Positions 21,382-30,992 of a stretch of 64,000 nt of DNA are shown here, one piece after another. The position numbers were made by a program, and so were the translations under genes. Each line of letters opens with the position of its first letter. Position 1 is the first letter of the stretch. The notes beneath the pieces are model-generated. The model was not told where the DNA came from, searched no databases, and saw only the letters and a program-made list of their open reading frames with translations. This stretch comes from Bacillota bacterium (GTDB lineage Bacteria; Bacillota; Clostridia; Christensenellales; UBA3700): positions 253,365-317,364 of the forward strand of contig JAEWXG010000012.1 in NCBI GenBank assembly GCA_023396095.1. Reading direction: 5' to 3'.

Positions 21382-21827
21382 TATAACACCTCTACAGTTC
21401 CGCCTGCCTTTTCAATTGCTTCTTGTGCTGTCTTAGAAAATTTATGCGCTTTAACAGTAAGCTTTTTAGTCAACTCTCCTGCTCCTAAAATTTTCACTCC
21501 TGCAAATTTTCCTATTCCCTTAACTAATCCTTTTTCTTCTAGTAAAGCCACATCAACAACTGTCCCGTTATCAAACATATCTAATTGTTGAATGTTTATT
21601 ACAAAATATTCTTTTCTAAAAATGTTATTGAACCCTCTTTTAGGAATTCTTCTAATAAGTGGCATTTGACCTCCTTCAAAACCTGGTCTAACTCCACCTC
21701 CACTTCTAGCATTTTGTCCTTTATGTCCTTTTCCTGATGTTTTGCCTAATCCAGAACCAATTCCGCGTCCTAATCTTTTTGATGTAGTTTTTTCGCCTGG
21801 AGCTGGTGATAATTCGTGCATTTTCAT
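21381..21827 (-). CDS. rplO: 50S ribosomal protein L15
   Basis: [26 protein letters not shown]. Confidence 0.95.
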   Translation of the reverse strand: MKMHELSPAPGEKTTSKRLGRGIGSGLGKTSGKGHKGQNARSGGGVRPGFEGGQMPLIRRIPKRGFNNIFRKEYFVINIQQLDMFDNGTVVDVALLEEKGLVKGIGKFAGVKILGAGELTKKLTVKAHKFSKTAQEAIEKAGGTVEVL

Positions 21828-21839
21828 TGTATTAATCTC

Positions 21840-22040
21840 CTATATTTCCTCGACACTCACTAAGTGTGCTACAACATTAATCATTCCACGCAAGCAAGCA
21901 TTATCATTAAACACTTTACTCTCGCCAATTTTTTTCAACCCTAATGCTTTAACTGTTAAGATTTGTTTTTTCTTGCATGCAATTGTACTTTTTACTAATG
22001 TGATTTTAACTTGTTTATTACTTTCAGCCTTTTTTGCCAT
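21840..22040 (-). CDS. rpmD: 50S ribosomal protein L30
   Basis: 66 aa with KITLVKSTIACKKKQILTVKALGL. Order supports the call. Confidence 0.9.
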   Translation of the reverse strand: MAKKAESNKQVKITLVKSTIACKKKQILTVKALGLKKIGESKVFNDNACLRGMINVVAHLVSVEEI

Positions 22041-22054
22041 GTTAAAAAACCTCC

Positions 22055-22573
22055 TTAACCTAAAATTTCCTCAACGCTCTTTCCGCGCAATTTTGCGACT
22101 GTTTCAACGTTTCTTAATCTTTTTAAACCATCAATTGTTGCCTTTGCGCTATTAATTGGATTATTAGTTCCAATAGATTTAGTTCTAATATCTTTAATAC
22201 CAGATAACTCAAGAATTAATCTAACTGGACCTCCAGCAATAACTCCCGTACCTTCACCTGCTGGTAACAAGATAACCTTGCCGCTTCCGAACTTTCCTAA
22301 AATTTCATGTGGAATTGTTGTTCCAACAGTAGTAACTGTAATTAATGATTTCTTTGCAGCAGCGGTTGCTTTTTTAATTGCTTCTGGAACTTCAGCAGCT
22401 TTACCTATACCAACACCAACTTGCCCATTGTGATTTCCTACAACAACAAGAGCTGAGAATCTCATCTTTCTTCCACCCTTAACTGCTTTAGTAACACGGT
22501 TAACATTAATTAGAGTACTTTCAAATTCATCTTTTTCTTCAACAACGTTTTTTCTATCTCTATTAATTGCCAT
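22055..22573 (-). CDS. rpsE: 30S ribosomal protein S5
   Basis: [26 protein letters not shown]. Confidence 0.95.
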   Translation of the reverse strand: MAINRDRKNVVEEKDEFESTLINVNRVTKAVKGGRKMRFSALVVVGNHNGQVGVGIGKAAEVPEAIKKATAAAKKSLITVTTVGTTIPHEILGKFGSGKVILLPAGEGTGVIAGGPVRLILELSGIKDIRTKSIGTNNPINSAKATIDGLKRLRNVETVAKLRGKSVEEILG

Positions 22574-22590
22574 TTGCGAATCCTCCTATA

Positions 22591-22959
22591 TTATAGAACT
22601 AAGCCTGCAGCTCTTGCGCCTTCAGCTACTGCTGCTACACGTCCTGTGTATAGATAACCAGCTCTGTCAAAAACAACTGATGAAATTTTTGCTTTAATTG
22701 CTTTTTTAGCAATTGTTTCACCAACAATTTTTGCTTGCTCTGTTTTATTCTTGCCAGCAATTTTTTCTTTTACTTCTTTATCTAAAGTTGAACAAGAAAC
22801 CAATGTTTTACCATTAACATCATCTATGATTTGAGCATAAATATGGTTTAAACTTCTATAAATATTTAAACGTGGTCTCTCTGGAGTTCCTGAAATTTTA
22901 GATCTTACTCTCTTTTTTCTGCTTAATCTTGCATCGTTTTTATCAATCTTTTTAATCAT
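22591..22959 (-). CDS. rplR: 50S ribosomal protein L18
   Basis: [18 protein letters not shown]...[20 protein letters not shown]. Confidence 0.95.
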   Translation of the reverse strand: MIKKIDKNDARLSRKKRVRSKISGTPERPRLNIYRSLNHIYAQIIDDVNGKTLVSCSTLDKEVKEKIAGKNKTEQAKIVGETIAKKAIKAKISSVVFDRAGYLYTGRVAAVAEGARAAGLVL

Positions 22960-22972
22960 TTCTATTTACTCC

Positions 22973-23515
22973 TTATTTACCTACTTTCTTTCCTTCTTTT
23001 CTTGCGATTTCTTCGTCTTTATAACGAATACCGTAAGCATGATATGGATCTGGAATTCTTAAGCTCTTAATGTTTGCCGCAAATTGTCCTACGGCAGCCT
23101 TATCAATTCCTTTAACTACAACTTCTGTTGGAGATACTACATCAAAAGAAACTCCTTGTGGTGGATCTTTCTTAATTCTATGAGAATATCCCAATGATAA
23201 AACTAATGTATTACCTTCTTTTGCAGCCTTGTAACCTACTCCATTTAATATTAATGTCTTTTCAAAAGGTTTAACTACACCTTCAACCATATTGAAAATT
23301 AATTTTCTATATAGACCATGCATAGCTCTAACTTCTTTATCTTCACTAGATCTTAAAACATTAATAACATTCCCTTCTATTTTTACTTCTATCTTCTCAT
23401 TAACTTGTTGACTTAATTCACCTAATGGTCCTTTAACTATTACTAAATTCTCTGGTGAAACTGTTACACTTACTCCTGCCGGTATGTTAATAGGAAGTCT
23501 TCCAATTCTTGACAT
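22973..23515 (-). CDS. rplF: 50S ribosomal protein L6
   Basis: MSRIGRLPINIPAGVSVTV. Confidence 0.95.
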   Translation of the reverse strand: MSRIGRLPINIPAGVSVTVSPENLVIVKGPLGELSQQVNEKIEVKIEGNVINVLRSSEDKEVRAMHGLYRKLIFNMVEGVVKPFEKTLILNGVGYKAAKEGNTLVLSLGYSHRIKKDPPQGVSFDVVSPTEVVVKGIDKAAVGQFAANIKSLRIPDPYHAYGIRYKDEEIARKEGKKVGK

Positions 23516-23528
23516 TATCTATTCCTCC

Positions 23529-23927
23529 TTACCATACATAAGCTAGAACTTCGCCACCAATTTTGTTAGTTCTTGCTTCTTTATCAGTCATTAGGCCTTT
23601 TGATGTTGATATTATTGCGATGCCCATACCATTTAAAACCTTAGGCATATTATCAACTCTTGCATATACCTTTAATCCTGGCTTAGAGATCCTCTTTAAC
23701 CCAGTGATTACTCTTTCTCCGTGTGCTCCATACTTTAATGATATAGATAAAGTATCTTGCACTTCTCCTTTAATTACTTGGTAGTTAGAAATGAAGCCTT
23801 CCTTAAGAAGAATTTCAGCAATAGCATTAAGCATCTTTGAAGCTGGCATTACTACCTCTTCGTGTTTTGCTGTTATTCCATTTCTAATACGTGTCAACAT
23901 ATCTGCGATTGGATCTGTTACTATCAT
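23529..23927 (-). CDS. rpsH: 30S ribosomal protein S8
   Basis: [16 protein letters not shown] starts at 23927. The ORF-track start at 23978 would overlap rpsN by 35 nt and adds 17 residues that do not resemble S8. Confidence 0.95.
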   Translation of the reverse strand: MIVTDPIADMLTRIRNGITAKHEEVVMPASKMLNAIAEILLKEGFISNYQVIKGEVQDTLSISLKYGAHGERVITGLKRISKPGLKVYARVDNMPKVLNGMGIAIISTSKGLMTDKEARTNKIGGEVLAYVW

Positions 23928-23943
23928 CCTTAATTCCTCCTTT

Positions 23944-24129
23944 TTACCAACTTGCTTTCTTAACACCAGGGATTTCACCCTTGTATGCTAACTCTCTAAA
24001 GCAAACTCTACAAATTCCATATTTTTGCAATACTGCATGTGGTCTACCGCAAATCTTGCATCTCGTATAAGCACGAGTTGAAAATTTAGGTGCGCGTTGT
24101 TGCTTATTTATCATAGCTTTTTTTGCCAT
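23944..24129 (-). CDS. rpsN: 30S ribosomal protein S14, type Z (zinc form)
   Basis: 61 aa with [20 protein letters not shown]. Confidence 0.95.
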   Translation of the reverse strand: MAKKAMINKQQRAPKFSTRAYTRCKICGRPHAVLQKYGICRVCFRELAYKGEIPGVKKASW

Positions 24130-24142
24130 CTTACATTTCCTC

Positions 24143-24739
24143 CTACTTGTTAGCGAAAGGCATTCCTAGCATTTTTAATAACTCTTTTGCCTCTTCGTCA
24201 GTCTTTGCAGTTGTTACAATGCAAATATCTAAACCTCTAATTTTTTCAACTTTTTCATATGAAATTTCTGTAAAAATTAGTTGTTCTTTAACTCCTAGAG
24301 CGTAATTTCCTCTTCCATCAAATGAGTCATTTGGTACACCTCTAAAGTCTCTTACGCGTGGAAGAGCAATTGAAATGAACTTATCTAAAAATTCATACAT
24401 TCTCTTTCCTCTTAGAGTAACCTTCGCTCCAATTGTCATGCCTTCTCTAACCTTAAAGTTCGCAACACTCTTCTTTGCAACTGTAGCAACTGGTGTTTGT
24501 CCTGCAATTTGCTTTAACTCTTCAATCGCTAATAAAACGCTTTTAGAGTTATCTTTAACATCACCTAGACCAGTGTTTAAAACAATCTTTTCTAATTTAG
24601 GTATTTCGTTTACATTTTTATAACCGAAAGTTTTTTGTAGAGCTGGAACAACATTTTCTTTATAATGTTTGTGCAATCTATTTAATTCCTTCTTATCGGT
24701 TGACTCTACCTTAGTAACCTGATTTTCTTTCTTTGCCAC
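24143..24739 (-). CDS. rplE: 50S ribosomal protein L5 (about 19-aa N-terminal extension)
   Basis: The L5 core starts at [15 protein letters not shown]. No internal start codon precedes the core. Confidence 0.93.
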   Translation of the reverse strand: MAKKENQVTKVESTDKKELNRLHKHYKENVVPALQKTFGYKNVNEIPKLEKIVLNTGLGDVKDNSKSVLLAIEELKQIAGQTPVATVAKKSVANFKVREGMTIGAKVTLRGKRMYEFLDKFISIALPRVRDFRGVPNDSFDGRGNYALGVKEQLIFTEISYEKVEKIRGLDICIVTTAKTDEEAKELLKMLGMPFANK

Positions 24740-24761
24740 TTTTCATTCCTCCTCTAACAAA

Positions 24762-25187
24762 TTATTCTTCAGTTTTTGCAGCTTTCTTTACTGCTTTTTT
24801 CTTTGTTTCTGTAGCTGGTGCAACTTTCTTTGCGGCAACTTTTTTCTTAGCAGCGTTAGCTTCTAATTCAGCGCCACAGTGCTTACACACACGAACTCTT
24901 ACCATTTTTCCATCTTTTTCAACTTCTTTTGTAGCTACTCTCGTAACTTTAGAACAAGCTGGGCATACTGGCAAAACATTAGAAATATCAAACGGAGCTG
25001 ACTGCTTAACAATCCCGCTTTTTTCTTGTGCAGTTCTTGCTTTTACACATTTTGAAACAACATTCAAACCTTCTACTACAACTTTGCCTGCTTTAGAATC
25101 AACGAATGTCACTTCTCCGGTCTTTCCTTTATCTTTTCCAGCGATAACCATTACTAAATCGCCTTTCTTTATATTTCTACTTGTCAT
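24762..25187 (-). CDS. rplX: 50S ribosomal protein L24 with Cys4 knuckle and Lys/Ala-rich tail
   Basis: KOW motif KKGDLVMVIAGKDKGKTG, then CPAC...CKHC and the tail KKKVAAKKVAPATETKKKAVKKAAKTEE. Confidence 0.93.
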   Translation of the reverse strand: MTSRNIKKGDLVMVIAGKDKGKTGEVTFVDSKAGKVVVEGLNVVSKCVKARTAQEKSGIVKQSAPFDISNVLPVCPACSKVTRVATKEVEKDGKMVRVRVCKHCGAELEANAAKKKVAAKKVAPATETKKKAVKKAAKTEE

Positions 25188-25199
25188 CTTCGCATCCTC

Positions 25200-25568
25200 C
25201 TATATAACTTCTGGAGCAAGAGATATTATCTTCATAAAATCTTTTTCTCTTAACTCTCTAGCAATAGGCCCAAATATACGTGTTCCTCTTGGCTGTTTTT
25301 GGTTATCAATAATAACTGCAGCATTTTCATCAAATCTGATATATGTCCCGTCATTTCTACCTATACCTTTCTTTGTTCTAACGATAACTGCTTTTACTAC
25401 ATCGCCCTTTTTAACTGTTCCTCCTGGAATTGCACTTTGAACAGAAGCAACAATAATATCACCGATATTAGCACTTCTTCTAAATGATCCGCCTAATACT
25501 CTAATACACTTAATTTCTTTAGCTCCTGTGTTATCAGCAACTACTAATCTAGATTCTGGTATTATCAT
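25200..25568 (-). CDS. rplN: 50S ribosomal protein L14
   Basis: [27 protein letters not shown]. Confidence 0.96.
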   Translation of the reverse strand: MIIPESRLVVADNTGAKEIKCIRVLGGSFRRSANIGDIIVASVQSAIPGGTVKKGDVVKAVIVRTKKGIGRNDGTYIRFDENAAVIIDNQKQPRGTRIFGPIARELREKDFMKIISLAPEVI

Positions 25569-25580
25569 TTTCTGTTCCTC

Positions 25581-25835
25581 CTACTTAGCCTTCTCAATAA
25601 TTTCAACTAAACGCCAATGTTTATTTTTGCTTAATGGACGTGTTTCTTGAATCAATACTTTATCGCCAATTCCACACTCATTATTCTCATCGTGCGCAAC
25701 AAACTTTGTTGTTCTCTTGATATACTTCTTATATAAAGGATGTTTAACTTTAGTATCTATAGCAACAACGATTGTTTTATCCATTTTATTGCTTATTACT
25801 AAACCTACTCTTTCTTTTCTAAGACTTCTTTCCAT
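25581..25835 (-). CDS. rpsQ: 30S ribosomal protein S17
   Basis: [23 protein letters not shown]. Confidence 0.95.
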   Translation of the reverse strand: MERSLRKERVGLVISNKMDKTIVVAIDTKVKHPLYKKYIKRTTKFVAHDENNECGIGDKVLIQETRPLSKNKHWRLVEIIEKAK

Positions 25836-25853
25836 CTTCTATCTCCTCCAGCC

Positions 25854-26108
25854 CTATGCCTTGCTAGCAGCTTTTTTTGCTGCTTTTTTAGGTTTTTCAA
25901 CAACTGGTGTTGCAACAATACCTAACTCACGAGCACGAATTATAGTTTTTACTCTTGCTATATCTTTCTTTACTAATGCTAACTGATTAGGATTATCTAA
26001 TTGTCCAGTTGCATGCTTAAAGCGAAGATTAAATAATTCTTCTTTTAATGAAGTAAGTTTTGCCGTTAACTCTTCATTTGATAATTCTACAAATACATTA
26101 TTCTTCAT
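25854..26108 (-). CDS. rpmC: 50S ribosomal protein L29 (Lys/Ala-rich C-terminal tail)
   Basis: [20 protein letters not shown], with the tail [14 protein letters not shown]. Confidence 0.93.
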   Translation of the reverse strand: MKNNVFVELSNEELTAKLTSLKEELFNLRFKHATGQLDNPNQLALVKKDIARVKTIIRARELGIVATPVVEKPKKAAKKAASKA

Positions 26109-26529
26109 TTGAAATCACCTCATCTTCTCTCTTTATAAATTTGCATCTCACTGGTAATTTATGTGATGCAAGTCTTAACGCCTCTCTTGCTTGATCTTCA
26201 GTAATACCTTTCATTTCAAACATTACTCTGCCTGGTTTAACTACTGCTACCCAATATTCGACAGCACCTTTACCGCTACCCATACGAGTTTCTGCAGGTT
26301 TTTTAGTTACTGGCTTATGTGGGAATATATTTACCCAAACTTGTCCACCTCTCTTGATATAACGTGTCATAGCTATACGGGCAGCTTCAATTTGATTAGA
26401 TGTTATCCAACTAGGATCTAATGAAACTAAACCATAATCACCATATGCTAGCTTATTACCTTTGTTAGCAGGACCTGTCATTCTTCCACGATGAACACGT
26501 CTTCTTTTAACTCTTTTTGGCATTAACAT
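26098..26529 (-). CDS. rplP: 50S ribosomal protein L16
   Basis: [17 protein letters not shown]. Confidence 0.96.
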   Translation of the reverse strand: MLMPKRVKRRRVHRGRMTGPANKGNKLAYGDYGLVSLDPSWITSNQIEAARIAMTRYIKRGGQVWVNIFPHKPVTKKPAETRMGSGKGAVEYWVAVVKPGRVMFEMKGITEDQAREALRLASHKLPVRCKFIKREDEVISNEE

Positions 26530-27197
26530 TACGCTTTACCTCCTTCATCTGCTAAAGGATTTTTAGAAAGTACTTCACCATTGTATATCCAAACCTTTAC
26601 ACCTAAGATACCAAATGTTGTATGTGCTTCTGCAAAACCATAATCAATATCTGCTCTTAATGTTTGTAGAGGAATAGATCCTTCACGGTAAGATTCAGAT
26701 CTTGCAATTTCTGCACCGTCCAATCTTCCAGAAACCATTACCTTTACCCCCTTAACTCCTGCTTTTTTAGTTGTTGAAAGAGCACTTTTCATAGCACGAC
26801 GGAATCCCACCCTCTTCTCTAAATCAAAAGCGATTTTTTCCGCTACTAGTTGAGCATTTGCATCTGGTTTCTTAACATCAATAATACTTATATTAACTGT
26901 TTTACCTTTAGTTATTTTTTCTACTTCTTTTTTAATCTCATTGTATCCTGCCCTATCTTTACCAGCTAAAGCTCCTGCTCTACCAGAATAGATTGAAACT
27001 GTAACAAGATCTTGATTAACTCTCTTAATTGCTATCTTTGATATAGCTTTGTTGTAATATTTTTCTTTGATAAACTCTCTAATTTTATTATCTTCTACTA
27101 AATTGACTGAGAAATCTTTTTTATTAGCGTACCATTGTGTACTCCAAGGCTTAATGATACCAACTCTTAGTCCGTGTGGATTAACTTTTTGACCCAT
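26529..27197 (-). CDS. rpsC: 30S ribosomal protein S3
   Basis: [18 protein letters not shown]. Confidence 0.96.
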   Translation of the reverse strand: MGQKVNPHGLRVGIIKPWSTQWYANKKDFSVNLVEDNKIREFIKEKYYNKAISKIAIKRVNQDLVTVSIYSGRAGALAGKDRAGYNEIKKEVEKITKGKTVNISIIDVKKPDANAQLVAEKIAFDLEKRVGFRRAMKSALSTTKKAGVKGVKVMVSGRLDGAEIARSESYREGSIPLQTLRADIDYGFAEAHTTFGILGVKVWIYNGEVLSKNPLADEGGKA

Positions 27198-27209
27198 TTC
27201 TCTTACCTC

Positions 27210-27602
27210 CTACTTATTAGCTATATCATCTAAGATGATCGTTATATGACTGGTACGCTTATTAATTCTAAAAGCTCTACCTTGTGCTCTAGCTCTTACT
27301 CTCTTTTGAGTTGGCCCTTCATTAGCAAAAGCTTCAGCTACATATAAATCACTCTTTGACATATTCAAATTGTTTTCAGCATTTGCAGCTGCAGAATTAA
27401 TTAACTTAACCAATACTTCGGATGCTGCTTTTGGAGTTGTTTTTAAAATTGCAACAGCTGTTGTATAATCCTTACCACGGATCAAATCTAAAACTATTCT
27501 AACTTTATCAGCTGAAAGTCTTATATACTTAACAGTTGCCTGTGGTCTCTTATCTGCCGTCTCTTGACGAAGAGCAGCTTTTTCTCTTATTCTTGTTGCC
27601 AT
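27210..27602 (-). CDS. rplV: 50S ribosomal protein L22
   Basis: [19 protein letters not shown]...[13 protein letters not shown]. Confidence 0.95.
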   Translation of the reverse strand: MATRIREKAALRQETADKRPQATVKYIRLSADKVRIVLDLIRGKDYTTAVAILKTTPKAASEVLVKLINSAAANAENNLNMSKSDLYVAEAFANEGPTQKRVRARAQGRAFRINKRTSHITIILDDIANK

Positions 27603-27607
27603 TTAGA

Positions 27608-27886
27608 TTACCTCCCACCTGTTGTTTTTTCACCAGCGTGTCCTTTGAATGTACGAGTTGGAGCAAATTCACCTAATTTGCACCCTACCATATCTTCTGT
27701 TATATATACTGGTACATGTTTTCTTCCATCATGAACTGCTATTGTATGACCTACCATTTGAGGGAAAATAGTTGAAGATCTTGACCAAGTCTTTACAACT
27801 TTCTTCTCATTCTTTTCATTCATAGCAATGATTCTTTTTATTAGTCTTTCTTCAACGAAAGGTCCTTTTTTAACTGATCTACTCAT
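27608..27886 (-). CDS. rpsS: 30S ribosomal protein S19
   Basis: [15 protein letters not shown]...[17 protein letters not shown]. Confidence 0.96.
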   Translation of the reverse strand: MSRSVKKGPFVEERLIKRIIAMNEKNEKKVVKTWSRSSTIFPQMVGHTIAVHDGRKHVPVYITEDMVGCKLGEFAPTRTFKGHAGEKTTGGR

Positions 27887-27902
27887 TTACACATACCTCC
27901 GA

Positions 27903-28733
27903 TTAGTTAACACGCTTAATAATAAATTTGTTAGATTTATTCTTTTTCTTTCTAGTTTTCTTACCCATTGTAGGAATACCCCAAGGTGTAACTGGACTAG
28001 GCATACCAATAGGCGACTTACCTTCACCACCACCGTGAGGGTGATCGCAAGGGTTCATTACAACACCTCTTACAGTTGGTCTTACGCCCATGTGACGCTT
28101 TCTACCAGCTTTTCCTAAAGACACAATTTCATTTTCAACATTTCCAACTTGGCCAATTGTTGCTCTGCATTGAATCAAAACATATCTCATTTCACCACTA
28201 GGCATTCTTAATGTTGCATATTTACCTTCTTTTGCCATTAATTGTGCAACTATACCTGCAGATCTTGCGATTTGTCCACCTTTGCCAGGATGCATTTCAA
28301 TATTATGGACCATTGTACCATCTGGAATGTTTGCAAGTGGTAATGTATTTCCTACTTTGATATCAACGTCTGAACCACTAACTACAGTTGCCCCAACTGA
28401 TAATCCAAGAGGAGCAAGAATGTATCTCTTCTCTCCATCAGCATAACTCAATAGAGCAATGTTTGCTGTTCTATTTGGATCATATTCAATTGATACTACT
28501 TTAGCTGGAATATTATCTTTATCTCTTTTGAAATCAATAATACGATATTTCTTTCTATTTCCACCACCAATGTGTCTAACTGTTATTCTTCCGAAACTAT
28601 TACGTCCGCCAGTTTTATTCTTTGTTACTGTAAGTGATTTTTCAGGAGCATTCTTTTTAGATACTTCTGGATTATCAATATACATTGTATAACGAGCTGA
28701 AGGTGATGTTGGTTTTGTTCTTTTAACTGCCAT
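27903..28733 (-). CDS. rplB: 50S ribosomal protein L2
   Basis: [15 protein letters not shown] and [15 protein letters not shown]. Confidence 0.97.
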   Translation of the reverse strand: MAVKRTKPTSPSARYTMYIDNPEVSKKNAPEKSLTVTKNKTGGRNSFGRITVRHIGGGNRKKYRIIDFKRDKDNIPAKVVSIEYDPNRTANIALLSYADGEKRYILAPLGLSVGATVVSGSDVDIKVGNTLPLANIPDGTMVHNIEMHPGKGGQIARSAGIVAQLMAKEGKYATLRMPSGEMRYVLIQCRATIGQVGNVENEIVSLGKAGRKRHMGVRPTVRGVVMNPCDHPHGGGEGKSPIGMPSPVTPWGIPTMGKKTRKKKNKSNKFIIKRVN

Positions 28734-28746
28734 TTCGTTCTCCTCC

Positions 28747-29037
28747 CTATGCTAAACTCTCGAAGAACTCAATAGCCTTACTATCTTCTGTCAATTGTAC
28801 AATTGCCTTCTTGTATGCAGGTCTTCTTCCTTCCGTTCTTCCCATTCTCTTTATTTTTCCATCATAATTAGAAATATTTACGCTCTCTACTTTAACGCCA
28901 AATATTTCTTGTACTGCTGCTTTTATATCAGTCTTAGTAGCTCTAACATCAACTTTAAAAGTATACTTTTTGTTAGCGATGCCATCGTAACTTTTTTCTG
29001 ATAGTATTGGTTTCTTTATAATGTCATATGCGTTCAT
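28747..29037 (-). CDS. rplW: 50S ribosomal protein L23
   Basis: 96 aa with [11 protein letters not shown]...YTFKVD. Confidence 0.95.
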   Translation of the reverse strand: MNAYDIIKKPILSEKSYDGIANKKYTFKVDVRATKTDIKAAVQEIFGVKVESVNISNYDGKIKRMGRTEGRRPAYKKAIVQLTEDSKAIEFFESLA

Positions 29038-29657
29038 TATGCATTAACCTCCTCTATTAGTTTTACCGCATCCTTAGTTACAAAAACTTTAGCATTCGCA
29101 ACTACATCGTAAACATTTAACAAATTAGCGTTAATAGCATCAACATTAGGAATATTCTTTGCTGCTCTTACAACCATTGCGTCAGCATCAGTTAATACAA
29201 ATAATACTTTTTCATCAAATTTAAAGTTCTTTAAAATCTTTGCGATTTCCTTTGTTTTATTTTCTTTCAATGCGATTTTGTCTAAAACTATGAAATTTCC
29301 ATCACTTACTTTTGCAGATAAAGCGCTCTTCAAAGCAGCTTTCTTCATTTGCTTGTTAATCTTTTGAGAGAAATCTCTAGGCTTTGGAGCAAATACAACA
29401 CCACCCTTAATCCATTGTGGTGATCTAATAGAACCTTGTCTTGCTCTACCTGTACCTTTTTGTCTCCAAGGTTTAGCTCCGCCTCCTCTTACTTCACTTC
29501 TTGTTAAAGTTGATTTGGTTCCTTGTCTCTTATTAGCTAATTGAGCAACTACAACTTGATGGATTAATGATTCTCTATATTGTTCTGCAAATATAGCTTC
29601 GTTTAATTCAACTTTCCCAACTTCTTTTGCGCTTGTGTTAAAAACTTTAATTTCCAT
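29037..29657 (-). CDS. rplD: 50S ribosomal protein L4
   Basis: [30 protein letters not shown]. Confidence 0.96.
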   Translation of the reverse strand: MEIKVFNTSAKEVGKVELNEAIFAEQYRESLIHQVVVAQLANKRQGTKSTLTRSEVRGGGAKPWRQKGTGRARQGSIRSPQWIKGGVVFAPKPRDFSQKINKQMKKAALKSALSAKVSDGNFIVLDKIALKENKTKEIAKILKNFKFDEKVLFVLTDADAMVVRAAKNIPNVDAINANLLNVYDVVANAKVFVTKDAVKLIEEVNA

Positions 29658-29671
29658 AAATCATCACTCCT

Positions 29672-30301
29672 TTAGCGCTTGCAAGTGTCCTTAATGACTA
29701 CAAGACTACCTTTTGCTCCTGGAACAGATCCTTTAACTAAAATTAAATTATGTTCCTTTATAACTTTCACTACTTCAAGATTTTGAACAGTAACAGTCTC
29801 GTTACCATATTGTCCAGGCATCTTCTTATTCTTGATAACTCTAGATGGAGTTGAGTTTGCACCTAATGAACCAACCCCCCTATGATATCCGGAACCGTGC
29901 GCCATTGGCCCAGTATGGAAATTCCAACGTTTAATTGTTCCTGTAAAACCATGTCCTTTAGAAGTTCCTTGAATGTCTACTCTGTTGCCAGCCTCAAAAA
30001 CATCACAAGTAATAACACTTCCAACTTCCATAGAACTTGAATTAGTTAGTTTCAATTCCTTTAAATACCTTTTTACCTCTACATTTGCCTTAGCAAAATG
30101 ACCTTGTACTGGCTTATTAACAACTGATTTGTTAATTGTACCAAAAGCAACTTGTACTGCTTCATAGCCATCTTTCTCCAAGGTTTTCTTTTGTACAACT
30201 GGACATGGTCCCGCTTCAATAACTGTTACAGGTATTGCGATTCCATCCGCTGTAAATACTTGGCTCATGCCAACCTTTTTACCGATGATTGCTTTATTCA
30301 T
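29672..30301 (-). CDS. rplC: 50S ribosomal protein L3
   Basis: MNKAIIGKKVGMSQVF begins at the ATG at 30301. The track start at 30313 is a GTG 1 nt after the AAGGAGA RBS. Confidence 0.95.
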   Translation of the reverse strand: MNKAIIGKKVGMSQVFTADGIAIPVTVIEAGPCPVVQKKTLEKDGYEAVQVAFGTINKSVVNKPVQGHFAKANVEVKRYLKELKLTNSSSMEVGSVITCDVFEAGNRVDIQGTSKGHGFTGTIKRWNFHTGPMAHGSGYHRGVGSLGANSTPSRVIKNKKMPGQYGNETVTVQNLEVVKVIKEHNLILVKGSVPGAKGSLVVIKDTCKR

Positions 30302-30336
30302 AATAAAGTTCACTCTCCTTAAAATTTTTATTAAAT

Positions 30337-30645
30337 TTATAATTTTATCTTTATATCAACACCAGCTGGTAATTCCAACTTCATTAATGATTCAACAGCC
30401 TTTGATGTTGGTGTATAAACATCTATTAAACGCTTATGTGTTCTCAATTCAAATTGTTCTCTACTATCCTTGTCCTTATGTGGTGAACGTAAAATTGTAA
30501 TTATTTCCTTTTCTGTTGGTAGAGGAATAGGTCCTGCAACTTTAGTTCCATTCATTTTCAAAGTCTCAACAATAGTTTCTGCCGCTTTGTCGATCAAATT
30601 ATGATCATACGCTCTTAATCTGATTCTAATCTTCTGTCCTGCCAT
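30337..30645 (-). CDS. rpsJ: 30S ribosomal protein S10
   Basis: [16 protein letters not shown]...LPAGVDIKI. Confidence 0.96.
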   Translation of the reverse strand: MAGQKIRIRLRAYDHNLIDKAAETIVETLKMNGTKVAGPIPLPTEKEIITILRSPHKDKDSREQFELRTHKRLIDVYTPTSKAVESLMKLELPAGVDIKIKL

Positions 30646-30816
30646 AATTAATACTCCTTTTTCTAATTAATGCTATTCACTATTCCGTGTGTGCCATTTT
30701 GCTGTTTTTATAAAAGCACCTGAGTGCTTAGCATAATTAGTCGCTTGATTTTCAAACTTAGTCCGTGTAAACTATCCGCATTTTTTGGTAACCTTACACA
30801 TCATCCCTTTTAACAG
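30646..30816 (-). promoter_or_regulatory. structured 5' leader of the S10 operon with terminator-like hairpin
   Basis: An approximately 170-nt leader. In minus-strand RNA, AAGCAC-UCAG-GUGCUU is followed by UUAUAAAAAC (30714-29), and a GUGUAA...UUACAC helix lies upstream. Confidence 0.35.
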
Positions 30817-30823
30817 CCCTATC

Positions 30824-30852
30824 ATTTTAAAGCAGCAAAAATTATATGTCAA
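30824..30852 (-). promoter_or_regulatory. sigma-A promoter of the S10 operon
   Basis: The minus strand reads TTGACA-17 nt-TAAAAT. Confidence 0.55.
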
Positions 30853-30901
30853 CAAAAAAATGCTATTAACGCAAAAAAGCTAGGTAAATGAGTGAGGTGA
30901 G

Positions 30902-30923
30902 CCCAAAAAGTTGGACAACTTCT
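30902..30923 (-). terminator. weak candidate terminator after the ATPase gene
   Basis: The minus strand reads AAGTT-GTCC-AACTT followed by TTTGGG. The stem is only 5 bp. Confidence 0.3.
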
Positions 30924-30992
30924 AATTAACATAACAACTCATCATACTTTTACGCTAAATTATATATTAAAATATAGACAACTGCCATGAAT

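Noticed and set aside
23928-23978. N-terminal extensions given by the ORF track for rpsH, argG (14832-14885), glgC (4607-4642), argJ (11199-11234), rplC (30302-30313) and infA (18432-18449).
   Set aside because: The extensions overlap the upstream genes or promoters and are unlike the protein families. Internal start codons with good Shine-Dalgarno sequences give family-typical N-termini.
24733-25440. A 235-aa plus-strand ORF, together with many other plus-strand ORFs in the track (e.g. 10735-11307, 20609-21175, 55111-55518, 59196-59597, 13303-13704, 7580-7942).
   Set aside because: All lie antisense to strongly conserved minus-strand genes. They translate to low-complexity F/L/S/I/T-rich strings with no motifs, and none has a convincing RBS. 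AT-rich DNA readily produces long antisense ORFs.
30876-30902. A shared motif AAAGCTAGGTAAA followed by a purine-rich GTGA(G/A)GT(G/T)AG at 30876-30902 and again at 36849-36872. It could mark direct repeats around a 6-kb inserted block (the ATPase plus the head-group module).
   Set aside because: Only 13 nt match exactly, and chance matches of that length are expected in 64 kb. There is no similarity beyond the core, and no integrase, tRNA or transposase nearby. It is worth a quick dot-plot but is not supportable as an island boundary.
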